Both the position numbers and the translations under genes were made by a program. Below, piece after piece: positions 42,162 to 58,223 of a stretch of DNA of 64,000 nucleotides. Where the stretch lies: the NCBI GenBank assembly GCA_003344405.1, contig NOWV01000131.1, positions 1 to 64,000 on the forward strand, in the 5' to 3' direction. The notes under the pieces are model-generated. The model saw only the letters and a program-made list of their open reading frames with translations. It was not told the origin of the DNA and did not search any database. This DNA is from Trichoplax sp. H2 (lineage: Eukaryota). The stretch's first letter is position 1. Each line of letters begins with the position of its first letter.

Positions 42162-42540
42162 CTTCTGAAAATGTCGAACGTTGAGGAGCTCTTTACTGCA
42201 GGACTTGCTCAATGCTCAGCTGCTCACTCTCAATTGTAGTCATTAAGGAAGCTACAGTACAGTATGTACTGTACAGTACTGTACTGTACTGTACCGTATC
42301 ATGGACCACTCGAGTCAGATTATTTCCGATGGCACTCCTTCGTTCAAAAATCAAAGTTGTATTGCGTAGCTGTAGAATATTTATATATATATATGTATAT
42401 ACCCGTAGAAGGATATCTCCACATATAGAATGTATCTAGTTCGGGCCTGATTGAACTTACTCAATTATATCGTTTCAGGCTGCCATCGAAATTAATCAGA
42501 CTGTCGATGTAAATTAACTACAGTAGTCTGGTGACCGATT

Positions 42541-42595
42541 GACCGTACCGTACCGCTTAGTACGGTACGGTACGGTACGGTACGGTACGGTACAG
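42541..42595. repeat. Pentanucleotide microsatellite (TACGG)n with adjacent inverted (CCGTA)n
   Basis: GACCGTACCGTACCGCTTAGTACGGTACGGTACGGTACGGTACGGTACGGTACAG read directly. Confidence 0.85.
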
Positions 42596-44828
42596 TTCGC
42601 TAATGAAACGGACCAGAAATGCAAAATGCAAGATGGCGAAGTTGTTGAAGTTAAAAAGTCGTATCATTATAATTCATTAGTATAGACTTGCAAGTCCCTG
42701 AGCTAGACATGATATCAAATTCTCTAGCTAAGATTTTTGATAATATCGTGCATTTTGGGTTCGCTCGAGTATTTACAGTTTGTACACAAGGCTATTTTGC
42801 AGCCTTATTTTGCAGATTTCTGTACAGCAAACTACTGATTCATCTCTTACAGCTCGTCAATTTTTTAGCTCTCTATGCTTGCACTTGTACCATCTTGCAT
42901 CATGCTTCTAAAGTAGTAAACAACTCCGTGTTACTGTACATGGGGGCGGGTGGGGGGGGCTGTTCTGGCCAGTTAATTAATTAATTAATTATACTCGTAT
43001 TACATACTGCCATATTATTATTATTATTTATTTATTTATTTATCGTATATGACATATATACTGTAGACGTACAGTAGTGTATATATAACATATAATACGT
43101 CATATACACTATTCTATTGATCCAGTAGTAGTACTACACACTGTCATCACTCTCAGACAGACGGACTTTTCTTACTCAATGAAGCCGGAAATTTCTGTAT
43201 CGAAAAAAGACTACTGTAGTTAGTATGGATCTTCCATGGCTATTTTTAAATCACTGGTACTAATTTAAGTAGCGTTTAGAATCTTACAGAACTATTTTCA
43301 ATCAGAACTTTATAACAGATAATAATATTCAATGTAGCATTACTTCATTGAGAAAATATCACTCAATCCAAAATCAACCGTCTGTATACTAAAGTACTGC
43401 CATAACGAAGTGTTGCGTAGTATATCTTGAAGAGATGACTTTGGAAATAAATGTCTGTCTGTGCAACAGTAGTTTTTCTCCTTTCCACGGCATCTACTGT
43501 AGTTCAGTTAAAACAACAAGTACAGAATGGTCGATTTCCCAATGTGATTACACTATTTTCCATGGCCAAATTTGAGTGAAAAATTAAAATTATGATTCGC
43601 TGAAATTTCTTGATAAAATAGATATGTACGGGTAGGAGTATGTCTGCAGAACATGATTACGATGATGAAATCAATGTCAATACACAAGTAAATAGTAAGA
43701 AAACTTGTTTCAATACTGTGGTATAAAGTCCTTTAGTACACACTTTGATACTTTAATCGAACTGGATTCGATCGTAATTTTAAAAATTAATTATTATTAT
43801 TATGTTTTGGATTTTGGATTGAAGTTGGATTGGAGTCGGATTGGACAAGATGAGTTGTCTTTGGATTTCGGAATGAATAAGAAGGAAGCGGTAAAACACT
43901 GCTGTACAGTAAAATTCTACCTCTAGAGAAAGAGACTAGTGTAATGAATTACACATACCCAATTCTCCATTTGTATCATCATTGCTCAGCGTCACTAAAT
44001 CGGGATGTATGGATTACAGTTTAGTATCAAAATTGTTAGAAATGATATTATTATAATAATATTATGACGACATCTATATTTGACACACTTTGACATGGTC
44101 TACTGAGTGTATATATATATATATATATATATTGTAGCTTGGACTACTAGAAACTGGGACTACCATACTACAGTAAATCTCTTCATTGAAGAATTAATTG
44201 AAGAGTCCCTCTCTCATTCAGAAATTTTCCCACATAAATTGATCCTACTGTTACAGTAGTCCATGACAGTAACATAATACACAAAGGAGTACACGATTTT
44301 GGCACGACAGTGATCGTAGTTGTCGCTATGCCTTCGGGGAATTCCACCTTTCTCTCCAAGCAACCAAAAATGGAAAGAATAGCTTTTCTTCGATGAAGAA
44401 TGCCTGTAGAAAGACAGGCAAAGTAACAGAAGACGCTGACAAAAGCAGCACTGTGCAGTAACTAAGCTATTGACGTTTTCTCGCCTGTGGCTCTATTGAG
44501 CGATTGTTATTATCGGCATGACCGACCACTGCGTCGGAAAGCCAAGCATAAGCAGATAGACAGTCGCATAAGTACATCGCATCAGGATAAATGGCATTTG
44601 GCCGACCGTGGATATATTGTCGTTTTATCAGGGAGTGGTCTTTCCTTTTATACAGAAACCCAAATAAAAGATAGGATATAGGCATCAAGTCAGAGAAATT
44701 TGGGTCCTATTTGCCGCTCTCCGGTTACACGCGACTCCCTGATTGAAATACTCTACCGGTGGTTGTAGTTTTTGAGGGAAAATCCTGCAGTACCTACACT
44801 TGACTGAAATCCAATCAATCCTAGTAAA

Positions 44829-46523
<1,695 letters not shown>

Positions 46524-46893
46524 TCAATCCTAATGCCTCTACATATTTAGACTAACAAAAATAGAATAAGATAATCGTAGATAACTGTGTGTAATTGTTC
46601 CATTTTCGTTGTGCTGTACTGATGTTATATACAGGCCTGAGGGTAAATTGATTTGTCTTCAGTTCGACAGAGTTATCAATAAAAAAGTACTGCGATAGTC
46701 TTTCGTATTGAATAAATGAGAATCTATCGTTTCTGACTGCTTGTCATTTACCAAATTATATTGGAGTTCGCAAAGTCACTAAAACTTGTATAGTTATCAA
46801 TTGATTTGTGATCATTTAATCTACTGTACTCTAGTCAACTTGTAGACGTATTCTATGAAGAGCTTTTCATGCTTTGGCTACTCGAGCGCAACG

Positions 46894-47153
46894 ATCGTAG
46901 TAAAATCAATCAATGTGAATGATAGATATAATTAAGTGCGTTAATCAGTATTAGCCACTTGTAAATTATGTATAAAGTATTATTCATTTAATAGAATTTG
47001 CACTATTAATTATTCGTTAACATATCAATAGTGCAAATTATATTAAACGAATAATTGTCTATACGTAATTTACAAGTCGATAGATAATACTGATTAACGC
47101 ATTTAATTAATTATATACTGTATATCATCCACATTGATTGATTTTACTACGAT
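46894..47153. repeat. Long imperfect inverted repeat (fold-back), ~260 bp
   Basis: Nested pairs: ATCGTAGTAAAATCAATCAATGTG / CACATTGATTGATTTTACTACGAT, TGCGTTAATCAGTATTA / TAATACTGATTAACGCA, ACTTGTAAATTA / TAATTTACAAGT, AATTTGCACTATT / AATAGTGCAAATT around a short central loop. Confidence 0.92.
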
Positions 47154-47301
47154 GTTCAGTACAGTTCTTACGTCGTGTGATTATGATACAGTATAAGTAA
47201 GCATTATGTGTAAGAGTACGCTTAAAGTGTCGCACTGTCATAATAGCTTACAATTTCCTTATCGTCGCTCTTAATACTCTGCCTTTTAATGAACTACTGG
47301 T

Positions 47302-47608
47302 TAATGAATTGATCGTTAACACAATCTACGAGCTAATAATTGTAGGCCTAAATTAAACGTACAAGAAATCACAAAAGGTATCTGCTGGTAGAGCACCCTT
47401 GGTGATACAGTAGTTCTAGAGATATAACGAACGACAAAATAACTACTAATCTATCTAATGAATTGATCGTTAACACAATCTACGAGCTAATAATTGTAGG
47501 CCTAAATTTAACGTACGAGAAATCACAAAAGGCATCTGCTGGTAGAGCACCCTTGGTGATACAGTAGTTCTAGAGATATAACGAACGACAAAATAACTAC
47601 TAATCTAT
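47302..47608. repeat. Near-identical tandem duplication, ~154-bp unit x2
   Basis: TAATGAATTGATCGTTAACACAATCTACGAGC...GGTAGAGCACCCTTGGTGATACAG...AATAACTACTAATCTATC at ~47302 and ~47456. Confidence 0.92.
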
Positions 47609-48509
47609 CCAATTAATTATTAGACTCCTTTAAACTATTCAAGCAACATAATTCGTATTGACTTTCATAACATGATGCAAAGCACTGCGCTATAGTTTAC
47701 ACGACAGTACTGAATCATATATAAGCAGCAACAACAGAACTAGTACAGTGGGCAAGCTAAACATGCAATTATCGCTTAATTAGAGTCTAATGATTATTGC
47801 CAATGTTGCATCGTAGACGTGCTGTAATTCTTGATAACTCTACTAAACTAGCTATCGTACATAATCTTCTACACAGTATTTTCAGATTTAATACTCGTCT
47901 ATTTCATCATTAAACACATTGTCTTGGTATTACATAATCCTTATCATGGCGTACGCTGATGTTTATATAGCTATTTAGCACAGTATAAACTACAAACATA
48001 CGTTGCCAGTATTCGTATATGTATTCCTAGAAATATACTAAAACTAATTTTAGGTGAAAATTAGCCAAAAACAGTTAGATTAAATCTCTAGAGTCAAATT
48101 TAAATGCAAACATACTCGTATATAAATCATATTTCAACTAGTCAGTAAGTTAACTTGACAACTTCAAAAATATTCCCATGTAGTTGCCGTATCATTTAAT
48201 AACCAGGCTATAGTTTACAAGATCACAGTAGCTATAGTTACTACTATCGATACTACACTATCTATCATTTAGATTGGGTAACAGTGGTAGGGCATAATTA
48301 GTACAACCAGTTAATGTTCTTATGTACTGTAATATGGTACATTTATTGCAACAGCTACTAACGACTTTGATTTTGCTTACATTAATTTCTCTTATTATAC
48401 TGTAGATGTATAGAATAATCAAGTAACGCTTGCCTTTTAAGAATATGGCGATTTCCACATCATATAGTTTTAAAATTATGATTGGTGTACATTAGTCATT
48501 GTAGATATT

Positions 48510-49290
48510 AGCCCTTTCGTACTGTAGGTATCTTCTAACTCGCTCATTAATTGCTGTCTTTTATCCTTTAGTAGGAATGAAAAAGAAACTGTACTAAAGA
48601 CTAACCATACATACAGATATAACAATAATTTCTCATCTTTTCAAAGGTATTAAAACAAAGGTTATTTTCTAAAATTTAGAGAATGTGACTGGTGCTTAAA
48701 TAAAAGGCAAGCGGTACGAATTGCGTAAATTCAGAAGTCAATCTTTGCAAAACCTTCCGGTTAATGTTTCCCAATGATTCGCAATTCTTTAACGATGGGA
48801 TATTTACTAATTGTAACGAATTTATTAATTACCTATTATGCATTCTTAGACTCAACCGATAGAAATAACACTGCTTCAAGTAATAAGCCATCGCAAGATG
48901 TTATTAGTAGTACTTGCAGATTATGAATACTTTACCTCTATATTGGTAGTAATTCAATGTAATCCGCCTTTATATAGCCTTACAAGTGAATAACGGAACT
49001 AACGACAAACTGGTAAATATTTTCAGTTATTTAAGATTCTCTTGCGTAAACTGTAGTATGAATCCCAAATCTTTTTTGGTCTCCTTCAATATTACGAAAT
49101 TGCCGCATTTATAGCAAGAATCAAACATAACCAATTTCATAATAATATTGTTAGAAGACTTACCCGAAAAAGCTATCAAATTTTATCACCAGGTTTAATA
49201 GTATGTTCTTGTTCATACCCTTTCGTATTAATAATCACAGCTCCCTTTCCATGATGCTTTTTACATGATTTAAAAATTTCAGGAGCTAAA
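48510..49290 (-). pseudogene. Adenosine deaminase pseudogene fragment derived from ADA-1
   Basis: Decayed exons: ..GIHTTVYARES*ITENI (versus HRTVHAGEAGTAENI) with a frameshifting A-run and in-frame TAA, and last exon VFSTVSFSFLLKDKRQQLMSELEDTYSTKG. Intron sequence (..GACTCAACCGATA.AAATA.CACTGC..) aligns with the ADA-1 intron at ~29580-29950. Three internal exons are missing. Confidence 0.85.
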
Positions 49291-49449
49291 CATGTAGCGA
49301 TTAACTTAACTAGGTGTTATCAGTATAAGATCTTTTAACGCTAGGGCAATGACAGTAGTACTTAAAAACTTTCAATGAGCTACAGTAATAAAATTGAAGA
49401 TAACAATCAAGTATTATAACGTAATATAANNNNNNNNNNNNNNNNNNNN

Positions 49450-49971
49450 AATTATTATTATTATGTTTTGGATTTTGGATTGAAGTTGGATTGGAGTCGG
49501 ATTGGACAAGATGAGTTGTCTTTGGATTTCGGAATGAATAAGAAGGAAGCGGTAAAACACTGCTGTACAGTAAAATTCTACCTCTAGAGAAAGAGACTGG
49601 TGTAATGAATTACACATACCCAATTCTCCATTTGTATCATCATTGGTCAGCGTCACTAAATCGGGATGTATATATATATGTAGTAGCTTGGACTACTAGA
49701 AACTGGGACTACCATACTACAGTAAATCTCTTCATTGAAGAATTAATTGAAGAGTCCCTCATTCAGAAATTTTCCCACATAAATTGATCCTACTGTTACA
49801 GTAGTCCATGACAGTAGCATAATACACAAAGGAGTACACGATTTTGGTCCGACAGTGATAGTAGTTGTCGCTATGCCTTCGGGGAATTCCACCTTTCTCT
49901 CCAAGCAACCAAAAATGGAAAGAATAGCTTTTCTTCGATGAAGAATGCCTGTAGAAAGACAGGCAAAGTAA
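49450..49971 (+). other. Gap-flanked near-identical copy of 43790-44426 (EF1A-2 upstream region); probable alternate haplotype or misassembly
   Basis: Between N-runs at 49430-49449 and 49972-49991 the sequence repeats ATTATGTTTTGGATTTTGGATTGAAG...GACAGGCAAAGTAA with a few SNPs and an ~110-bp indel at the (TA)n tract. Confidence 0.85.
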
Positions 49972-49991
49972 NNNNNNNNNNNNNNNNNNNN

Positions 49992-50816
49992 AACCATACA
50001 TACAGATATAACAATAATTTCTCATCTTTTCAAAGGTATTAAAATAAAGGTTATTTTCTAAAATTTAGAGAATGTGACTGATGCTTAAATAAAAGGCAAA
50101 CGGTACGAATTGTGTAAACTCAGAAGTCAATCTTTGAAAAACTTTCCGGTTAATGTTCCCCAATAATCCGCAATTCTTTAACGATAGGATATTTACTAAT
50201 TGTAACGAATTTATTAATTACTTATTATGCATTCTTAGACTCAACCGATAGAAATAACACTGCTTCAAGTAATAAGCCATCGCAAGATGTTATTAGTAGT
50301 ACTTGCAGATTATGAATACTTTACCTCTATATTGGTAGTAATTCAATGTAATCCGCCTTTATATAGCCTTACAAGTGAATAACGGAACTAACGACAAACT
50401 GGTAAATATTTTCAGTTATTTAAGATTCTCTTGCGTAAACTGTAGTATGAATCCCAAATCTTTTTTGGTCTCCTTTAATATTACGAAAATGCCGCATTTA
50501 TAGCAAGAATCAAATATAACCAATTTCATAATAATATTGTTAGAAGACTTACCTGAAAAAGCTACAAAATTTTATCATCAGGTTTAACAGCATGTTCTCG
50601 TTCATACCCTTTTGTATTAATAAACACAGCTCCCTTTCCACGATGCTTTTCACATGATTTAAAAATTTCAGGAGCTAAACATGTAGCGATTAACTTAACT
50701 AGGTGTTATCAGTCTAAGATCTTTTAACGCTAGGGCAATGACAGTAGTACTTAAAAACTTTCAATGAGCTACAGTAATAAAATTGAAGATAACAATCAAG
50801 TATTATAACGTAATAT
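49992..50816 (-). pseudogene. Second near-identical copy of the ADA pseudogene segment (48603-49429)
   Basis: AACCATACATACAGATATAAC...GTATTATAACGTAATATAA is repeated after the second gap with scattered SNPs. Confidence 0.8.
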
Positions 50817-52883
50817 AAGCTACAAGTATTATTTATTTGCCATATATATAAAATATGCGCATACTGCATAACATTCATAAATTAGATACCAGTCTGATGT
50901 CCTATCACTGTAAAGACGAGTCCTGCTATTCTGCAAAGTCGACAACTGTCTCTTCCTGCTTTAATAGCGTCTACCTACTTAGACCTTATTTAGACTGAAG
51001 TGTTATGGCAATTCGTTGACTGGTTATGATATATGACATTTTTGATCATATTGCTTGAGATTAGTACTTAATGGTTTTGAAATGTTGTGGATCGTTTTTC
51101 GACGATCATCAATTCATAAACTAATCCCTGTGAAAATGTAACATTTATGTTATGTAGCAATAATTTGTTCAGCCTCTATTACTCTCCAGGTTCGATGACC
51201 GATAATAACCACAATTTAGAGCTTGCCATGTTTTATCCAGGTTTTTCTGGTAATTTATAAAGCAGTAGATAACGTACTTGGAGGAGATAGACTCTTTAGT
51301 TTTTCCATGGATCAATCTAACCTCTTAAAATAGTATAAAGAAGCAATTAATTTGCTTATAAAAGCAAAATCAATGGCACAAGGCATTTTTGCGATTTATC
51401 TCCCCTTTGCAGAATTGATTTCATAATTCCTAATGTAAATTAAGCCTTTCGAACTCTATTTGTGATGACAAATTTTCAGCTTACGGAATTTAGTTTGGAA
51501 TTGGTTTAGAACCAATACAGCCACTTTTAGCGTAGCTATAACCTTTTAATTGGGTTATATGAAAAAAGAAAATATACTCAATTTAACCTCGTTAGCGCCG
51601 ATACTGGCACGGCATATGTTGATCAATATCATAGACTATTAATGCAGTATTCCATGATATTTTACTATTTAAGTAATCCTTGCAAATAAAGTACCCCTAG
51701 CGGCAACTCATGCTGATTATGGTTGTAATGTTTCTTAAGACACACTTAGAAGATCAGTAAATAGGATCGCAGTCATATAGCTCCGATTGCCTTCTTGTTG
51801 TACGTCCTTAGTCTTTTACCATTAGTAGTCCCTCTACTAACCACAAACTAGGTGTACAATAATTTAATCGTTGCGTCTAATCTAATAAGCAGTAAAGAAA
51901 CACTGCTCTGCGTGCAGCCAAGACTCCAGTCGATTTTGAAGGAAGTAACGAATCAATCGACTGACTGCAGTAAATACCAGAATGAATTCTCTCCATGCAG
52001 TAAAGTCTCCGGCTGATTTTAAAGGAGCATCAATCAATCTATTCGATGCAATTAATAACAGTATTCATTTTTTGTGGTCGCTTATATGGATCTAATGAAA
52101 AGGCTGGAGACACATTTACAGCGTCTTTGTAGCATGATCCATCCGTATTTTGGATACAACAGCTATAATCAAGTACTAAGTCAACATTGAAAATGGAATG
52201 TTGCTCACTTTCCTTTATTAATAATACGGTACAAGCAAACGCACTTTAGTTAGATACTCACGATAAAACAGCACGAAACTGAGAACATGCAGAGAGAGAG
52301 AGCTCTAAAAGAAAAGAATCCACCGAGCTGTGGTGGTAGTATGGAGGTCGTACGAGAAAACTACACGGAGATGAAAGAAAAAGCAGGTAGGGGAAAGGCC
52401 TACTGCTTCATAGGGAACGAGCATCGATCTCAAGTAAGATATTCTACAAAAATTATCAAACACCCTACAGCTGCTCCTGATCCTTAGCGTACTTATTGAC
52501 TAAGTCGAAAATTTTTGAAAGTCGATTTGGCACTGAATAGGATAAAGGTACGCCCAACTATCACCAGTAGGATGTTGCACTAGTCATATTTACGGGATAT
52601 TTATTTTATTTTATTTATGTAAGTATTGAAAACTCTTCCATAGGCAAAGTATACTGTACTACCACCAGAAAATTGGCCATCCACTGAATATAACAACAGT
52701 GCAAGTCCGCCAAGGGAACGTCTGCTAGTAAGGAATAATATGGCGCTAAAGCCGCTTTATTCTTAATTGCTATTCTACTATAATGTAGTACAAAGACGGC
52801 CGCGGTACTATTAGCATGTCCATACTACATCCACACCCACCGTCTATTTTTACATTATTGATCTATTCCTGGATTTCGAGGAC

Positions 52884-55800
52884 ATGCGTCCTACGCTTTC
52901 CTTAACCCAAAAGGTAAAATCTCCAGTTGCTGTCTCGCATTGCTGCCTTTGAAAGCCCGCAGTTATCTGGAGCATCGTAGGCTAGCTAAAATCTCATCAT
53001 CAATCCAAATTGATTGCAACCAAGGACCAATTTACCCATCTTTATGGCTGTCAATATTACAAATACTTTAAAATGCAAGGTGATCAACTCCAATCTATTG
53101 ATGACTCATATGGTATTTGCTGTCCAACCATTTTGTTTATAAATTGTTTGTTAATCAATCTGAAATCATGCTTTAAAACAATCATCAATGCTCATTAAAG
53201 ACAAGGCTTTAAAAACTGTATGATCTCAATTCCTTACTAGTAATAAGTGAGAAGAATATCTCTACCAGTTTTATATCGATGAAATGACAACCCATGATTG
53301 ATATCTGCCTAAAAAAATAAATGAATAATAGTGTCATACCTGCTTAGTGATCGCTTCCATCTTATTTATTTGCTCTTATTTCTCTACAACCACGCTATCA
53401 AAATGCTTGCATTATCGACAACAGTAGCAATATTCACTTGGAATAGAGTCATGGATTGCTAAATTTGTTTGCCTAACCTATACAGTAGTGTAGTAACTTC
53501 TTAAAGCTATTGAACCATCTCTTCCAGCAAGTACGTAGAACCTATTGAAAAAAAAATAGAATAGCCTTCCATCGTTGATTTACAATCAGCATGAAATGGA
53601 GATTCAGTGCTTTTCACATTCCATCATCTCTCTTCACGTAGTACGAGAATGATACTGTACAAGATAGTTGATATTATACTTTATAGATCAATATCTTACA
53701 CACTTTGCACGTTACACTTATGTTCTCTGATTAAGAAATTAAATAATCAACCTTTCAATAGAGACGTGAAGTAAGTTTATCGATTCGATTTGAAAGCCTC
53801 AATGAAACGACGGCGTTATAGCAAAATAAATAATATCTGTCGTTTCACTAAGACGGTCTAAAGTTATGATAAAGTACCTACTACCTATTGTAGTAAATCT
53901 GATCAATTGCACGAGCTAGTTCGACTCAGCAATTCCATCCTGTTTACTATACTACATGTACTATTAGAGTTATATACTCTACACTTTATAAAGCTGCTTA
54001 CTGAATTTTGTTCCATTATCCTCGTTGCACTTAATAATTCATGAATCTCCAAGTACTCTACAATAGACCTATACAACAGTATAGACCAACTATTAGCATA
54101 TCTGCTCTCAATAGACTGTACTTATAGTAGAATAAAATAAAAGTAACATAACTACCCCATTAGAAGCTTAATCGTAGTCTGTGTGACCGATCGTATTAAG
54201 ATCGATTAAGATTGATCAAAGGGTTGGTAATTAACTTTAATCTATGCAATATCAGCAACAGCCGGTGCTGATTCTTTTACCGACTTGAGTACTTTCAGTA
54301 TTATTATTTTCCATGAAACTTATACATATATATATATATATCATCCTTGGACTAGGTTGAACTACATACTCACTTCGATGGCGCTCTCCGTGCAGAAACA
54401 GTTGTAGATCTAGCCAGGTATGGAAGGATAGGCCTTCAACTAAAAATCATAAATAGAGAATAGCTTTATACTAGTGATTGTACGCGTATACGATACTGTA
54501 TGTGATAAACTGCGATCAAAGTAGAAGAGAAATTTATATCGCTGTTCAGATTTCAATCAAGCTTGATGTTGTAATATCTTTAGAATTTGAACTATTCGCT
54601 TTTCATGCAGCCATGAGCGAGTAGGAACTGTGCTGCAAACTTAATACATAACCGAAATAGATGAAATACAAGTAGAACTGCAATAGAGTACAGCTTGAGC
54701 TACTATACTGTGCCCTATATACAGTATCGTGTGATAGATGTCATATATGTCTTAACAAGCCCGTTCATCATGTAAAATGTGCTGTTTATTTTCGCCGATT
54801 TATTCGGTCATTCTCCTTGAATAATTGAATTGATATTTAATTTAAATAGAACCAAAGGTATCGAATTGCCTGTCGATAATGCTGAACAATTGAAGGAATA
54901 TGTATCCTGTGCCAATAAAGAAGTAAAATCTTTAACAGTATTTTTAGAGGCATTTGGTATATTCAATTCGGTTATCAGGTACAGTAATGCTCTTTTTAAA
55001 CAGTAAACAGTCATGACCCTTAATGACAAAGCTTACTCCTTTAAACATAAGTGATATCTCACAGCGATAACACTACCAAAATGAATAACTGTTTGTTAAT
55101 GGTAATAATTTAATGCCTGTTCTATCCCCAACTCTTCTTCGCGCTATTTATTCCATACGAGTACGCAATATTGATATGTATTCTACCTTATCTCGTAATT
55201 TTAAATCCCAATTAGAAATTAGCCGATCTACTTTAATCCAATTCTACTTTCATCTAACAGACCTATGCAATATTGATTGAATTCAATGTTATGGTTAGAA
55301 CGTACACTTTTAACGTCTGTAGAATGTAACAGCTAACCAACACATTATTAGCTCATACTGTCTGCATATATTTGAAATTTAGAGGTGATCGGGATGCCCT
55401 ACGACGCTGTGCTCTTGAATTCTGCGAAGATCAAGCAAATTATGGTGTTTTGTACTCTGAGGTACGCTATTGCCCTCAGTTTATGTGTGGTCAAAAACCA
55501 AACGTGGAAGGAGATTCAGAGCAATACTCATTAACAAGTGATGAAGTAGTTCAGATTTTATTAGATGCTTTTGCCGAAGGATCCCAACGCTACGGTATTA
55601 AAGTTAGGAGTATTCTCTGTCTCGTTCGACCGTTTCCAGGTATCACTATAATATATGGAGAATGTTAATCTTGTATTATGAGTCATCCTTAATGAAATAT
55701 ATATGATAATGAATGTGAGGCTAAATACTTTGCTACCCTCACCATGTTTACTTGCAATTCTAAAACTACTTATTAGGAATTAAATAAAGTCAATCTATTC

Positions 55801-57115
55801 CAATATAAGTAGAAGATAATGACATCGTATAATCTTAATTTAATGATTTGACATTTAAAGTGATCAAAAATATCTATACAGTCTTGATAATACGTTTTAC
55901 TTCACAATTTACCCTTCAGAGTGGGCAGCAGAAACGGTTGCTCTTTGTAAAAAATATTATGGTAAGGGTGTTGTTGGGATTGATGTTGCTGGAGATGAAA
56001 CGCTTTACCCGATTGTGGCTAATGATGAATTTGTCAAAGCATTTCAAGTAAGCTACCAAGATCAGAATTTATTTTCACGTACGTGTATCGATACTAAGAT
56101 TGTGTGAACCAGGATTATAACTATTTTACCCTCGATTATACAATTAAAGGAAGCCAAGAAATTCGGTATTCACAGAACTGCACATGCTGGGGAAGCGGGA
56201 CCAGCTCAGAACATACGAGAGGTATAGAATGTATTATTACTATGCTGAAGACTTTGACAATATTGATTAGATAATAGATTACTTAGTTCAAACTAAAAAA
56301 TCCTCCAGGTTTTGGCTAAACTAAACAACTTGTCACAGGATATTTATGTTCGTACTCGATAATTTGTTTCTCTACCTATTCATTAACACTTATAGTCCTT
56401 GGATTGGTTAAGTGCTGAGAGAATAGGCCATGGTTATCACTTGGTACAAGATGAAGAACTGTATAATGTGATCAAAAAGGAGAAAATTCATCTTGAGGTT
56501 GTAATTTAATTCTTGAAAAACAGTCAAATTGTATGTTATCCTTATATTTGGAGTTGTAATTTTACTCTGTATTCTACAGCTGTGTCCAACTTCAAGCATC
56601 CTTACCGGATCTGTGCCAAGTTTTAAGAATCATCCAGGGAAACGGTTTGACAGTGTTAATAGCTTATAAAAGTTGAAGTTATTATAAGATTTTATAGAAT
56701 TTTACAATCATTGTGTTTATTTAAATTTTTACATCTTTCAGGTTTATTAATGATGGATTCAATTTCTCTATAAATTCCGACGACTCTTTATGTATTAATT
56801 CAACAGTTGCTGACGAGTATAACTTAGTTTATAATGAATGGGGCTACGACTTCCCTGTACTAACAAGAGCGGTAATTAATTTTTCCACAATAATCGTTAC
56901 ATATAATAAGTATAATAAGACAGTAGGCGAAGATTTTGTCATTAATCTATTACTTACATATTAAAACAATTCATTCCTTGGCATTCTAGTTATTATCAAT
57001 CTTACCTGTCTGCTATTTTTTACAGGCGTTCAATGCAGCCCGCTCATCGTTCCTACCAGAGGAAGAGAAGAGGCAATTAATTGAAGACTTAGAGACAGTA
57101 TACGGAATGCGATAG
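52884..57115 (+). CDS. ADA: Adenosine deaminase family protein, copy 3
   Basis: Probable first exon MRPTLSLTQK|gt (52884-52913, less certain), then VELHTHFDGALRAETVV (~54356), EFCEDQANYGVLYSEVRYCPQ, GVVGIDVAGDE, GIHRTAHAGE, WLSAERIGHGY, HLELCPTSS, NFSINSDD, FNAARSSFLPEEEK..YGMR*. Confidence 0.9.
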
Positions 57116-58223
57116 TGTGATGGCTACTGCTGCCCTTCTATTTCTAGAGAAAATCTCTGTTGCTAAATTTTAGTGATAAAAGTTTATTTCAGCAAGATTT
57201 AAACGTCTAGAACCACGTATTTGCTTTTTAATTCTAGTCTGCACAATATCGCTGATACAGATTTATTACTAAAATAAAAATGTACCAATCTTAAAAATAA
57301 CATAATGGGAATTATGATTACATTCACAGTTATGCCTACTATGTACGGTATATACTGTATGCCTATATAACAATCTTTACATTGTGCGTAATTACTCTCT
57401 AAGTTACATGTACGTTTGTAATTTGGTCTTAGTTGCTTTGTGAACTTCACATTACGATATTATAAAGATCCTAATACGATACTGTATCTAGCCTTTACTA
57501 TGGTCACCGTCCCAGATAGCCCATCTTCCGTCTTCATCAAAATTTAGAACGTGCCTATACGCACGTCAAGTACGTAAAGTGTTATTGCGGAATTCGGAGC
57601 AGCATTGCTACATAACTGCTGTAAAACTATTACTGTAAGCAATACTGAGTACTGTAATTGCTAAGGAAGTTATAACTACTATACCGTACATAGAAAACGC
57701 CCGTAAAGCTTGATTACTTGCATTAATGTAAGCTAGTAGCGAAACTCTCATCTATCGTAATTGCATTTTATATTTATTACAATTGAGCGTATTTTTATAC
57801 GCCCTTCAATAACATTTTATACAGCATAAAGCAATCGTCCCAAAGATTGTATGTTTCCAAAATTTGTTCAATCATTAACACATTTTGGTATCAATAGCCA
57901 CGAAAATATGTTATATGACATCATATACTCATACTGTATAATCAAAGAATATTAAATTTTAAAGACACAGGCACAGTATTATGTCAGAATGCTGCATAAA
58001 GCTGTAACAAATTCATAACAAGCAAGGAAGTTATATCAGACATTAGGTATCAATATTTGCAAAGTATATCTTACGTCAACATCTAATCATAATAATTAGA
58101 AGACTTTAATACGAGTAGATAAATAATATCCAGCGTAGGAGTGGATATAGGGATATAACATAAATAATTTTCAACCTATTAATAGAAATAGCTTTCTCAT
58201 TGCATATTTCCAGTAAATACTTT

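Noticed and set aside
52287-52487. 66-aa ORF upstream of ADA-3
   Set aside because: Begins in an (AG)n tract, has no recognisable similarity and does not fit the ADA exon structure.
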